A DNA stretch of 64,000 nucleotides from Torpedo marmorata (taxonomy: Eukaryota): positions 209,374,001 to 209,438,000 of the forward strand of contig OZ360222.1 of the NCBI GenBank assembly GCA_977017645.1, read 5' to 3'. A program made the translations under genes and the position numbers. Numbering within the stretch: the first letter of the stretch is position 1; the number at the start of each line of letters is the position of its first letter. Below the pieces are notes generated by a model. It did no database searches. It was not told the origin of the DNA and was given only the letters and a program-made list of their open reading frames with translations. This document shows, in pieces, positions 11,216 to 24,244 of the stretch.

Positions 11216-11450
11216 TTTTTTAGAGATAGAGCATGGTAACAGGCTCATGTTACACCCATGTGACCAATTAATCTACCAACCCCGTACGTCTTTGGAACTT
11301 GGGAGGAAACCAGAGCACCGGGAGAAAACCGAAGCACCCGGAGGAAACTCACTCAGACACGGGGAGAACTCCTTGCTGACTGCAGTGGATTCGAACCCAG
11401 GTCACTGGTGCTGTAATAGTGTTGCACTAGCTGTTACGCTAACCGTGCTG
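11216..11450 (-). mobile_element. tRNA-derived V-type SINE with a short internal duplication
   Basis: B-box-like GGTTCGAATCC and V-domain-like GTTCTCCCCGTGTCTG...TTTCCTCCGGGTGC on the minus strand; GGAAACCAGAGCACC unit duplicated. Confidence 0.85.
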
Positions 11451-12659
11451 GCCAAAGTATTTTTTAAGCAAGTATTTATTGACATCTCAGCATCAGCCAA
11501 TGTAATCAATCTGGCTGGGTATGGATGTGCAGCTATTTTATGTATTATAGTTAGAACACCGAGAGATGGATTCAGGGTAAGGGAAATGAATGGATGTGTA
11601 GGAATGCAGGGAAGATGCACAGTCTGATCCTTTCCATGTTAATCAGCAGTTAAAGAAAATGTTTTTTTCTTCAGATGTTCAAATTCTTCATTGGAAACCA
11701 AGCGTAATCTATTAATGTGTTGAATCACACAGACACTGTGGGGTTCTATTTTTTTCCTCTCTGCCTGTTCAAAGTAAGAGAATGCAGAGCAATATGTAAA
11801 TGGTTCAGGGAAGGAAGCAGCAGAGAGACGGGGCTGCGGCATTTCGTATTCAGGTGCTGTTACCAGAAGCCAATTAATCAGCCTAGTGGCAGGAGCGATG
11901 CAGAGAGGATGAGTTCAGCCTTCACGTTGATGAGCCTGGTCCAGGGCAAGTGGTGCTGCACCTGAGCTCACGGTTAGAGATGCAGAATATGGGATCATGG
12001 GAATAGCTTCAATCCTTTGTCTTCTTATGGAGGATGTAAAATGTCAGGCGGCGAGGGCTGGGTGTGTAATATCTTCTTTAAACAATTCAAGCAGCGCGTT
12101 CCCTGCTTAACTCTTTCAAGCACACACACCGTGTAAGATTTCTAATTTCATTATTGAAGTCCATTTAAATACATGTTAAATTTGTACCATTTCTAAACAC
12201 TGGCATTCAAAAGACTGCAAATTGATATGGATTGTTTGAATGTTTAATGTTCATAACATCACTTGCTCTGGTATTTTAACAAAGGCAATTATTTTCAAAG
12301 GGTTAATGCATTTGTTAAAATACTGGGCAAATTAACTGAAAGCAAGCAGGTTATGATCTCTTAATGTATTTTCCAGACTTGTATCTTTAAACATATCCAG
12401 ACAGAATTCGAGATTTTCCCTCATCCCTACTTCTGCTAAAATTGCAAACACAATGTCCCACGAAAATCGTCCTCCTCTCTGAGGAAAGGTTGGGAACATG
12501 ATATTTTCCAAGTGAGGCAGTTTTCACTGAGAGAAAAAAATATACAGTAGTCAGCAGCAACAGAAAGGGTAAAAGCAGTTCTATCCTTCAGGTAGCAAGG
12601 CATGGACTACATTCAAGTAGGTGAGCAGGAATTCCTGCACCACAAAGGTAGCAAGCAAA

Positions 12660-13275
12660 AATATCTGAACACTCACCCTTAACATTCATTGGCACAACCA
12701 TCATCATTAGTAACATGGGGATTTTCGCTGAGCAGAAATTAACTGGACAATGGACATAAATTGAATAGATACATGAGCAGGTCAGAGTCCAAGTGTCACA
12801 TCCTGATACCCATCACCCTTGCTCCACCTATGTTAGGAGTCAGGAACTTGATAGTATACAACGTGCTTGGATGAGTGCAGCTCCAACAGCAGTCCAGAAT
12901 GTAGATACCAGCTGGAAAATCCATCCATTTGTTGAACAGCCTGCTTGATTGGCACCCAATCCACTGTCTTTCCCTCCAATACTAGTACACTGTTGTGACT
13001 GTGTTCACCACATGCATGATGCTTTGCAGCAACATGCTGAGCCTTCTTCCTCCTGAACACAGAAACTCCAAGCAGAAGGACAAGGGAGGCAGATCATGGC
13101 AATGGTAATACAGAACCTCCCAGCTTCACATCCACTTGACAAGGAGGGAGCACAATGATCCTTCTGGTCTAGAATCCAGCCATTCCCTGCCCAGCAGCAA
13201 TGTAGAAACCCCTTTACCATATGAACACCCCATGACTGAATAAAGAAAAGCAACAGTGCATGGATACCACTTTTA
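12660..13275 (+). mobile_element. Old, decayed LINE 3' end (CR1/L2 group)
   Basis: TGGATGAGTGCAGCTCCAACA...GCCTGCTTGATTGGCACCC...AGAAGGACAAGGG resembles a LINE tail I recall as abundant in elasmobranchs; related piece at 19985-20140. Confidence 0.6.
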
Positions 13276-13699
13276 CAGAAACTGTCCAAACTTTTGGAAC
13301 ACTGTGAGAGATGAGATCAAATCAATGTTGAGATGTTTGAAGCTTGGCCAGACTGCTGGAATGAAGATCACTTTGCCTGAGGTAAATGCATCTCTGCTCC
13401 CACAGGCATGGACCCTAAACTCAGATTCTGCAGCAAACTGACCACATTTGCTTCTACGGAGAGTGGCTACAAATGTCACACAACCCTCTCCTGATATTTT
13501 AATTGAGGTACTGAGGCCACAGGGAATAACTTTGACCGTGCCAGAGCACAGACCTCTTATGGAGGGCCTTAGGAGAAGTTCTTTTATTTTCCTGTTTGCC
13601 AGTAGGACATTACCAATAGTTAAAAGTATTTGGCCACTTTCTCACGTATCTGACTCTTGATATAATTTTTCCAACATAATTGCATTTCTAAATCTTCCC

Positions 13700-14040
13700 C
13701 ACTCTACCCTTCATCTAACCTGTTGCTCTTCTTGACAGAGCAGTGCACAGAAAGCTTCACTCCATATCCAACTTGCCCAGGAATTGATCTGTGAATTCTC
13801 ACATGTATTCTGCAGTGGGAGTTTTACTCAGTAGCACTTGTGGTACCCTAATAATCTGGCAGTGTTGAATTGGACAGCGTAAAGCAACCTTTATTCTACA
13901 TCTAACTTGCATAGTTTTTTACTTGAGTCTGTTTCCATGAGAGAGTTTTACACCTTCTTAAAGTGATTCCATTCGCCAACCTGATGGTGCTTAGATTTTG
14001 CAGAAGGAGCTTTACCTTGCATCTAATCTGTCCAGTGTTG
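13700..14040 (+). repeat. Degenerate ~60-65-bp minisatellite
   Basis: Recurring variants of CAGTGYAGARRGAGCTTTACTCYRYATCTAAC. Confidence 0.5.
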
Positions 14041-14419
14041 GTCCCAGAAATTCTCAGTGGTGTAGCCCTGAGAGATCTCTGTGAATAAACTGTGCACTGC
14101 AGTTGACCTCAAGAGTTCATTTTTGAGTTGTACATCATTTCCAATCCATAATGAATGACCTGAAAATTTCTGACACTGACATTGGCTGCTTGGGGTGAAA
14201 ATTCTTGTTAGCTGCAGCATGTTCCTCCTTCCCTTTGATCACACAAAGTACACTAAAATGTGATACAGGGTGTGTTGGGGATTGTGTTGCTAGGGGGATC
14301 CTTCTGGAACACTGACATTACAAGAGAATCCTGAGATTATAGTACTCTGATTTAAAAATTTTAGAATTTATAAAATGTAGAAACAAGCAAGGGAGGAAGT
14401 ATTGCTTTATTAAAAGACA

Positions 14420-14545
14420 TTTAGATGGAAGTGGGCCGAACCCAGGCAAATTGGACTAGCTCAGGTAGACAACTTGGTCAACATGGTCGAGTTGGGCCGA
14501 AGGGCCTGTTTCCACGCTGTATAGCTCTACAATTCTATGACTTAT
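14420..14545 (+). mobile_element. CR1-type 3' tail fragment
   Basis: GAGTTGGGCCGAAGGGCCTGTTTCCACGCTGTATAGCTCTA. Confidence 0.7.
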
Positions 14546-15258
14546 TCTCTGGCTACAGACATTGGAAGAAAATATATTAATGTACAATCCATTAATGTAC
14601 AATGAATACATGGCAGTTTCAACAATTATTCAGTGATGCCATCAACAGTGCAAGTAAATATATCACCTGATACCAGCCCCACCCCCACCCACTCCTAAAA
14701 TAAATGTGTAATTTCCAGCCCAGTATTAAATTGGGTTCAATTAGCTTCCTCGGAGCTGAATTCTACAAGTTCCTAAAGACAGCAATTAATTTCTCTTTAT
14801 ATTATTGCGTGTAAAGTAGAGGCTCTGAGATGACAGCAAATGTGAGTTTATCAATCACATGTCTGATGGAAGGTTATTACAAGGTTATTTGTTACAGTGA
14901 AGGATCAGATTATTCACTACGCTGTGTGTATTATAATGTACTTGTTGTTGCATGCGACATTTATTTAGTTGCAAGTCCCACAGGGGCTTTGGAAAGCCAT
15001 TAAGGTATACAGGATTATGTATATCCATGGCTAGTTTACGTCCTTGCTCGTTACCATGGCGCCAATGGATTCCGATTTGGAGTGCTGGCAGCTCAGGTGT
15101 CAAAGCTTAAAAAATGGGAAAGGGCTTGTTTCCAAAATGAAATAATTTTGTTGTGGAAATTCTGAGCGATTTTGTAATTTCATGCTTGTGTATGATAATT
15201 TTATGCTACCCTGCTTCACGTAACTCAATGCTGCCAGACACTGACAGCTAATAAATAC

Positions 15259-15413
15259 NNNNNNNNNNNNNNNNNNNNNNNNNNNNNNNNNNNNNNNNNN
15301 NNNNNNNNNNNNNNNNNNNNNNNNNNNNNNNNNNNNNNNNNNNNNNNNNNNNNNNNNNNNNNNNNNNNNNNNNNNNNNNNNNNNNNNNNNNNNNNNNNNN
15401 NNNNNNNNNNNNN
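15259..15413. other. Assembly gap (N run), followed by degenerate (TG)n microsatellite to ~15505
   Basis: N run followed by TG/CG repeats. Confidence 0.98.
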
Positions 15414-15682
15414 ATGTGCATTTGTGTGTACATGTAGGCACGGGTGTGTGCGTGTGCCTGTGCGCATGTGCGTGCGTGTGCACGCGTGTGTATATGTGTG
15501 CACATTTTATATATGTTATGTGCAGACTTGTCCCACCTTGACCATAAGGTCACATCCCCTGCTGACCCCTGCAATATCAGAGTTGGTACCTTGTCATTTC
15601 ACTTCCTGTCCAAGCCCTCTGGCTTATAGTGCTGGGCCTACAAGGGTTGCAAAAGACTGTCCTGAAGGCAGAGAAAAGGAGA

Positions 15683-16152
15683 TTAACAAGGATGCTGCTT
15701 GGATTGGAGAGCATGCCTCCTGAGGATAGGTTGAGTGAACTTGGTCTTTTCTCCTTGGAGCAACAGAGGATGAGGGGTGACCAAATAGAGGTGTACAAGA
15801 TGATGTGAGGCATTAATTGTGTGGATAGCCAGAGGCTTTTTCCCAGGGCTGAAATGGCTAACACCAGGGGGCATAGTTTTAAGGTGCTTGGGAGTTTGTA
15901 CGGGGGAGGGGGGGGATGTAAGAGGCAGATTTTTCACATAGAGAGTGGTGGGTGCATGGAATGCGCTGCCGGCAACAGTGGAGGCTGGTACAACAGGATG
16001 TTTTAAGAGACTATTAGATAGATATATGGAACTGAGAAAAATGGAAGGTTATGCAGTGGGGAAATTCTAGGCAGTTTTTAGAATAGGTAATTAGGTCGGC
16101 ACAACACTGTGGGCCGAAGGGCCTGCACTCTGCTGCAGATTTCTATGTTCTA
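15683..16152 (+). mobile_element. CR1 LINE 3' end
   Basis: LGLFSLEQQRMRGDQIEVYKMM...TRGHSFKV; tail GGGCCGAAGGGCCTG...TTCTATGTTCTA. Confidence 0.88.
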
Positions 16153-17715
16153 AAGTCACCAGATGCCCTCGATGTCTGATGGAAGGATAACTGAGAGGCC
16201 AACTGCCTGGAGTTGTAGCACCTGCTGCAGTGATAACAAAACCATACAAGCCTGCACTTGGAGATAAAATAAACTTTTTAGATCTTAGTGTAAATTAAGA
16301 TGAATTCTTCATTTCAACTGACCTTTTGAGCATTCAGCAATGAAAATGAATGGCAAATCATTTTGCTGGGCAGTGAATTATGGAGTGTATATTTTTGAAA
16401 ATTGCATTTTATCATCAGAGCATTTAATTGTTTGAGAGTGGCGACAGACACTGCAAGATTCAAACGAAACACTTCAGATGCTGGAAATTGCTGGAAATAA
16501 ACAGGTCAGGGAGCATCCATGGAGAGAGACAAATTCAACATCCGAGCTTTGGACAAGTGTGTCCGGCATCTTCTGCTTTTGTTCCACAAGATTTGACTTG
16601 TACATGTTTCGTTCATCAAAGTTCAGGCACAATGACCTGGAAATCTCTTGGAACGGCTTCACCTTTATGGGCCATAACAGCGATGGCAGAAATAAATGAC
16701 TAATCATGTTGGTTTGGGCTTGTGCAGACATTATATCCTTCACAGCTGCCAGTTGTAGCCCCGCGCCTGAAATTGAGCACGAAGGCCATTACATTTGAGA
16801 AAATTACATTTGTATGAAGTCCAATAAGGAAGCTTCAGAGATACTGTCGATGTCACCACCAAAATGGCAAATTTGAAGAGAAAATATTCTATTTATTGGT
16901 GGAGTTGAGCAAAGAGGGAATATTGCTTTAGGTCCCACAGTTGGAAAGACCTCTCTCATACATGTTTCTCATTGCTCACTCCTGATCACCCTCTTTAGGC
17001 TAGGTGGTAGCTGATCAAAGTTGACCCTCATGAAATTGCTCAATTATCATCCAGAACTTGCAATCAACACACCTATACTTGTGGGACCTGTCCTATCAGA
17101 TCACCAGCAGCATGCTGACAATGACCATTCCTTTTATTCTTGAAATTGGGCGAAGACTTACATCTGCTTTTGACTAATTCCATCTCACATTGCTTGAAGC
17201 TTGCAAACTAAAGATAGAAAACTTGTGTTTCTTGTGTTTCAGTTGTCTTTCTCTCCTTTCTCCACAGATTTCTTCCTTTTTTGCCTCAGGGGCCTAGTAG
17301 TTAAATCGGCACAGCTCCTAGGTCGTCAGTATCACTGTGGCATCATGCTATGCATCCGTCTTCATGTGGGATGAAATCCAGTGAACAGCGGCACCCAAAT
17401 CCACCATGGTGACATTACTTGTCTGTGGCTGGCATATCCATGTGGACATATTCCAACAAGGATCACTGGGTGGTCATAAAGATATGGAATATCAGTGAAG
17501 GTTTCCACTCCAACAGCCACAAATGTTAATGACATTTAATATTAATCCTATAGTATAGTTTCAAAATTGAATCTCCGATAGGTCAGATGTCAAATTTCAG
17601 ATTTATTGTCAGAGTACATACATGACATCACATACAACCCTGAGATTCTTTTTCCTGAGGGCGAGTAAGAATGACCACTTATTGGTAGTGTACAAAAACT
17701 GTACTCAAGAAGATA

Positions 17716-18248
17716 GCTTTAGCTATTTTAAAGAAATGTATTGCTATTACATGGAAATCTGATGTAGATTTAAAGTTAGAGAGATGGCATGCAGAACTTC
17801 GTTCAGCTATACCACTTGAAAAAATTACTTATAATTTATGTAACAAATATCAGTTCTTTTTGAAAATATGGAGCACATATATAAAAACTGTAGGTTTAAG
17901 GATTTGAAGATCTCTGGATATCAGATCTGACTGGCGAACCTGTGTTTCACAATAAAATTAGCTTATACTTGTTCTTTTNNNNNNNNNNNNNNNNNNNNNN
18001 NNNNNNNNNNNNNNNNNNNNNNNNNNNNNNNNNNNNNNNNNNNNNNNNNNNNNNNNNNNNNNNNNNNNNNNNNNNNNNNNNNNNNNNNNNNNNNNNNNNN
18101 NNNNNNNNNNNAAGGGTGGGAGGGTTAGGGAGGGAGGGGGGTGAAAATATATCATAAGTATTTTGATAATTTTGCATTTTATAATATGTATTATTGAGTG
18201 ATTTAAAATTTTAAATAAAATATTTTTTTAAAAATTAAAAAAAAAAAG
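17716..18248 (+). mobile_element. L1-clade LINE 3' fragment (contains assembly gap 17979-18111)
   Basis: KKCIAITWKS...WHAELRSAIPLEKITY..W matches an L1 ORF2 C-terminus; AATAAA and A-tail; AAGATA occurs on both sides. Confidence 0.75.
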
Positions 18249-18779
18249 ATATGTATACATGTAAACAATTAAAGAAATGTAAACCAACTGTGCAATACAG
18301 AGAGAAAAAATATCAAAAAGTGCAAAAGTAAGAGTCCTTAAATGAGTCTCTGATTGAGTTTGTTGTTTAGGAGTCTGATGGTGGAGGGGTAGTAACTGTT
18401 CCTGAACCTGGTGATATGAGTCCTGTGGCACCTATACCTCTTTCCTGATGGTAGCAGCGAGAACAGAGCGCGTGCTGAGTGGTGCGGGTCCTTGATCATT
18501 GCTGCTGTTCTCCGACGGCAGCGTTCCACGTAGATGTTCTTGATGGTGGGGAGGGTTTTACCCGTGATGTCCTGGGCTGTGTCCATTATCTTTTGCAGGG
18601 CTTTACGCTCAGGCGTGTTGGTGTCCCCATACCAGACCGTGATGCAGCCGGTCAGCACACTTTCCACCACACATCTGTATAAATTTGCCAGAGTTTCCGA
18701 TGTCATACCAAACCTCTGCTAACTCCTGAGGAAGTAGAGGCATTGACGTGCTTTCTTCATGATGCCATTCGTGTGTTGG

Positions 18780-19624
18780 AAGATGGCAGCACTGGTGGAG
18801 CCGCTGTAACGGAAGCGCTGCCTCTGGTGCAGACCTGCGGGGAGTGAGGGAGTGGAGATACAGCGCTCCCATGGGGTCCAACCGCCCAGTCGACTGCCGT
18901 CGGTTCCGCACGGGCTTTGAACGGTCCGTTGAGGGAGCCGACAGTGGTTTTGTTTATGATCCTGCGACCACAGGATCTGCTCCCAAGATGGCAGCGCCTT
19001 TTAACCAGCAGCAGCCACGAGGGACTGCAGACTCCGGGGAAGCGGAGGACTGAAGCAGGGCACCAGAGGACGGGAAGATCACCCCCCATCTGAGAAGGAG
19101 AAGCGGAGGAGACGACCCACGGGACGGTGACCACGGCGGCGGACCAGTGAGGAGCTCTGAGGCTGAAGGACCAGTGCATGCGGCGGGCTGCTGGCAACTC
19201 GAGGCGAGGAACCCGCAGAGGCTGTGGGCTGCTGGAGACTGCTGTCGGGGGACTCAAGCCGGGCTGCGGACTGCTGGAGGCTGGCTCGAACTGGCTGGAG
19301 GAGTACCAGGTATCGGAACCGGGATGCGAGGGGGTGCTGAGGGCGCCATGACCGTGTTGGAGGTTTGGATCTGGAGCTCCGGTTGCCATGGTTTGGACTG
19401 GACTCTGTGTGGCTGCAGAGGCTGCGGAAGCACTGGAGGCGAATCTACGGAGACTCGGTGACTCTGGGGGAACTCTCTTTTGCTTCTCTTTCTCTGACTG
19501 TAAGGAATGTTAGAGGCGCTTAGGCAATTTCTGCCGGTGGCGAATCTGTCTGCCTTACAGCAGGCAAAAAGAAATTTCATGGATTATGACACTGTTTTAT
19601 TACTATGACAATAACTTGAATCTC
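18780..19624 (+). mobile_element. GC/CpG-rich non-coding retroelement with Rex1-type 3' tail (putative non-autonomous)
   Basis: Starts AAGATGGC (again at ~18985); no RT similarity seen; ends TCTGTCTGCCTTAC...AATTTCATG...ATGACAATAA-CTTGAATCT. Confidence 0.7.
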
Positions 19625-19984
19625 TGAAATAATGACTCCCAAGAACTTAAATTTTCTCACCCTCTCCATCTCTGATCCCCCAATCATTACTGGATCATCA
19701 GTCTATGTTAATGGGTAAAATAGCTGACCATCTATTCATCCACTGACAGAGACATGTTTTTTCGTAAAAATAAATAAATGTTCTTTGATTGTGAAAAGAA
19801 GAATACAGAGAATCACATCCCTTCCTTATGACACTCTCACTCCTGCTCTAAATGCCAGAAGGTCAAGTCTGTAGCGGCAATGAGCTGACATCACAGGAAG
19901 CAATGGATTGTTTGCATTGATGTGCCCCAGTCATTATATAGGTCATCGCTGGGATTATGTGATTAACCCCAAAATATGCAGCTT

Positions 19985-20140
19985 TTTAAAAATTCATCTT
20001 TGGACTCTGAACAATGCTGGCAAGGCCATCCCTTATTACCCTTGAGAAAGTCAGTGGCTGTGAGCCTCCTGCTAGAACCAGTGTTGTCTTTCTGATGAGG
20101 GTACTCCCACTGTGCTGCTGGGAGGGTGTTCTTGACCCAG
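19985..20140 (-). mobile_element. Old LINE 3' tail, same family as 12660-13275
   Basis: GCTGGCAAGGCCA...CCCTTGAGAA...ACTGTGCTGCTGGGAGGG. Confidence 0.55.
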
Positions 20141-20144
20141 AACT

Positions 20145-20400
20145 GGCATGGTTAGCATAGCAGTTGGCGCAACACTGTTACAGCGCCAGCGACCGGGACT
20201 GGGGTTCGAATCCGGCAATGTCTTTAAGGAGTTTGTACATTCTCCCCGTGTCTGCGTGGGTTTTCCCCGGCGGCTCCGGTTTCCTCCCACCCTTTTAAAC
20301 GTACCGGGGATTATAGGTCAATTGGCTGTAATTGGGCGGCACAGGCTTGTGGGCCGAAAGGGCCTGTTATCATGCTGTATGTCTACATTTTAAATTTAAA
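20145..20400 (+). mobile_element. tRNA-derived V-type SINE (young copy)
   Basis: GGCATGGTTAGC..., GGTTCGAATCC, V domain, CR1-like tail GGGCCGAAAGGGCCTG, AT-rich end. Confidence 0.9.
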
Positions 20401-23400
20401 TTTTTTTAAATTTTAAACATTTAAAATTTAACCAGTGCATATAGTCAGATCCTATAGGTCTTAATTTGGGAGGCCACACTCTCTAATATTCCTTCCACCT
20501 CTTCTCAAAACCTGCTCTCCCTGCTTTTAAAGTTCTGAATGGCCAGTGAAACAGCCATGTGGCCCAGAATTCTATCTCAACCATGGCTGATTGCTATCCT
20601 CTGGACATCATCATAGCTGAGCCGAATCCTCTCCCTTTGAATGTCTACCTACTTTTCGGTTTTCCCCAGTGACCTTGGGCATGAACCTGAACCAATACTT
20701 TTTTGAACCAAAATATACTTCATTCACAATAAATTCTTCTACGTCCAGGTACCCTAAGGTCAATTGTAGGTTGTAAAATCAGTTGAGGTTGAGGATTGGA
20801 GCAAAGAGAACCCCCTTACACTATAAGAGATTAGGCTTCATGATTCTTGGGTGCGGTGCATTTATTTGGAGAAATATATGCAGCATTCGCTGCCAGTGAC
20901 CATTTGAATAGTTCAAAATTAATTCTTGGGATATAATATTAGTAAAGGAAAAATGAGTACAGAAAGTTTTGGTTATTTGTTGCTTCCTTCCAGAAGTGTT
21001 AACGTGAGCTGCATTCAAAGATAACTGCTAGACATAAAACATCACTAGGAACAGAATTCTGTGGAAATCAGATTAAAAGTATTAGCATTTGATTTCACAA
21101 AGGTGTCTTCTATTCGTCGTCAATTTCTTTCTTTTCATGGTTAGAAGACAGTTGGATCTGTAACCTATGGGATTATTCTAGGTGTTGCTTTAAATAAAGA
21201 TGTTCAGGATATATGCTGGTGTCCGCCATTTGAATTGTCTCTGAGAGCAGAGCTGGATAAAACTGATCTTCCACTGACGTCTTGTAAGCATTCTGTGAGC
21301 TGAAACTCTATATTCTGGCTGGAAATGAGTTTACCGGAGTCTGATTGGCTGTTGTCATGACTACTCTGCTCCAATACTGCCATTTGTCTGTTTTAAAGCT
21401 TGAGTACATTACATTGACTACATTTTTCATTTTACCACCCAGGACAAGGCTCCTGTTACTTCATTGTATAAGATTTAACAATCAGTTACATTCCTTGTCT
21501 GAGTATTATAGAGGTTTATCACAGGGGAGGGAAAGAGCAAACAGCTTAAAGGGGCACTGACTTCATTAAAATGGCAGTGGTTGGCAATCATTTATTATGA
21601 AGCTGTCAGACTTATTAATTGACAAATATTTGGGCTAAAACCTAATACTCCCAGGAGTAAACGGATTGTCAGTGTATTTGCACCAACATGTTAAGGAAAA
21701 GGCCATCCACTTACTGATACTGTGATTTTTATTTGGACTTTCAGGACGTCTATTCCTTCCTCTGCCACTCCTCATATAGAACTGGCAGCACAGGAAGAAG
21801 CCATTCAGCCCAACAGCATCATGCTGGTCTCCGTGGTCCACCTGAACCTGCTTCCAACCTCTTTCATCTCACCCTAAAGTAACTTCATATGTGGCACAGG
21901 GAATGAGAATGAATTTATTTATTTTTAAGCAGAGGGCAACAACATGGTTTGTAAACAAGCCCACGCTATTAGCCACTTCCCTCTTCAAAGGATAGCAATG
22001 TACATTGCCTGCCAGGAGGTGACGGTCAGGCTCAAGACTTGAGTTGCTCAGGGGAAACTCGCCAAGCTGGGGAACTCTGTCCCGTGGGTTCTCAACCTTG
22101 TGCATCTGAAGCCTCCCTTCCTCAGAAAGAGTGATGAACATGTAACCTTTTGTGAGAAAAGCCTCTCACTGTGAGCTGCCGGCTGATGGATTTGGCATTT
22201 GGTTGCCTGTAAGTGGCTTGAAAGACTGAAGGCCGTGTAATATTTTACACAATAGTGACTTTAACAGACACTGGAAAAGAATTAACAACATAGCAGTCTC
22301 TGGGAGATGTCACAGGTAGCTGGTAGCGCCAAAGACATATCGGCTGAGATGCTGGGAAGGACCGACAGGGTTGGTGATTGCAGATCCTTGATAATTGATG
22401 GGCGACTTCATGACTATTGCAAATGAATCCCCTGATAAACTTGCCTTGCTCACCTGAATCAGTGGAGTGAGAAGGGGCCAGAGGGTGGGGAGGGGAATGA
22501 AAAGTCTCAAAGTGTAATTAAAGTCACCTTCTCAGCAGCTGATGAGAGGACAAAAGACTAGCAATGCAACTTCAAATAAGCTCCAAGCTTTGCAGCAATG
22601 TTTCCACCTGAATGTCTGCATTATACTGGGTGAAATTAGCACCAGAGAGCAGGTTAGTTCAAGAGCATAATATAGGGAGCTGATCCAAATAATAATATAA
22701 TAGATGAATAGATAAGGCTTATGTCAGGCATCACTGCAGCCTATGATGGCTTAGTCGTTCTCCTCCTTCTGAAGTTAATGCGATAAGTATGTGAACGGCT
22801 CCGTGCCTAGTTCATGATCTGCGTCCTCATCCACTGCTACAACTCTATGATCATTCCTGTTTGAGGTCCTCAGCAGCTGCTCCACATTCATGCCTGGTAG
22901 CTGAACTACCCACAATGAGGGCTAGATAGTCCCATTCACACATAGGACAACTTAGGCTCTTTGTCACATCCTTCAATGCCATAGACTTCTGTGGCATTCC
23001 TCAACGCTGAGACATCCGCCCACCTGAGCTGTTACCTTCAGGCAAAAATATAAATGTTAATAAGAAATAATTTGCACTTCCTTTGCTTCAGGAGGGCCCA
23101 TGGTGTTTTACCACAAAGGAAGAACTTTTGTAGCTGAGTCATGGTTGTGAGAAGTATGCTGATGCCCCGTTTATGATTTATCACCAGCTTAATGGTCCAA
23201 CATGTCCATGTCATTACAATGAAGTAGATGTGAGAAATAACTGGTGTGTGTTGGACCTATCACAAAGCAGTGTAGTGTGACCTCCAACTGAACACCTGGG
23301 CAAAGATGAGAGAAGGTTACTGTGATCCCACTGGATATTTACAACAGGCCTGTACTGTAGCTGTCCACAATCGCACCATTATAGAAAACGTGTTAGAACA

Positions 23401-24244
23401 ACATTGACTTCATTAAATTCCATGTACAACCTTTCCCCTCAGAGAAACTGCTCTGTTTGAAGGAGAGTTTGACTGCTTACTGTGGGTGGCCGAAGGTCAC
23501 CTGCGTAAAACAGTTCACAGCTGGGAAACAACTTGTGGGACAGCCTGGCACTGGTTGGAGGGAACACTGCACCAGCTACATCGTCTCCCACCCCCACTCT
23601 TAATCTCCCCAAACCACCACCGTTCCACCTCCTCCTCCACCACTGTCTCAGTGTCAGGAATGTTAATTGAAGATTCCATTCCGTTAGGAGGCTCCAGTGT
23701 CTGGCAAAACTGCAACTGTGACCTCTGCACAGGTTCCCCCACTAAAAAAGAACCTGGGTCCAGCTCAGTAAGAAAAGGGAGCCAGTGACAAAAAGTAAGA
23801 GGTAAAATGAGAATCACATTGGTGTTATCCCCAAAGGATTTTTAACCATTCTAATAAATTATCCAGGAATTTTCTGCAACAGTTTTGAATTAGTAAAAGT
23901 GAGCTTGAATTCACTGGAGTGAAATTTTTGCGTTGCATCCTGAATGATTAAGGAAACGCCAGGGAGTGTTAGAAATGTGTCTAACTTGAACTGTACCCTT
24001 GACAGGTTGAACGGGGAGTAAATTTCATGGTGCAGCTTTCCCTTTCATTTGCTGGGCTGAGCCTCCCTTCAGGTACATAGTTCAGATTGTGATGCCCCAG
24101 ACACCGGTATCTTGGTACCATTTTCAATTGCTGCAAATATCATCCATGCTCAAGGTATCAACCGTCTGACGGGTGTTCCCTGTTGTTGAACGGTTCAATG
24201 TCTTTGCCAGCTGACTATGGGTGTGAGCAAGTGCAACATTCTCC

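Larger units (their letters stand above)
17588..19702 (-). mobile_element. Rex1/Babar LINE 3' portion, interrupted by an L1 fragment (17716-18248) and a GC-rich insert (18780-19624)
   Basis: LANLYRCVVESVLTGCITVWYG...LPSGKRYR...TRFRNSYYP at 18338-18706; FKFLGV at ~19630-19660; 3' tail ...TGACAATAAATCTGA at ~17590-17615. Confidence 0.85.

Noticed and set aside
15100-15574. ORFs spanning N runs (also near 17950-18170 and 56400-56975)
   Set aside because: Artefacts of gaps and microsatellites.
18757-19580. 210-aa and overlapping ORFs in the GC-rich insert
   Set aside because: Expected from high GC content; no domain motifs; open on both strands.
20145-20225. tRNA-like A/B boxes (also in other SINE heads)
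   Set aside because: These are SINE heads followed by a V domain and LINE tail, not tRNA genes.
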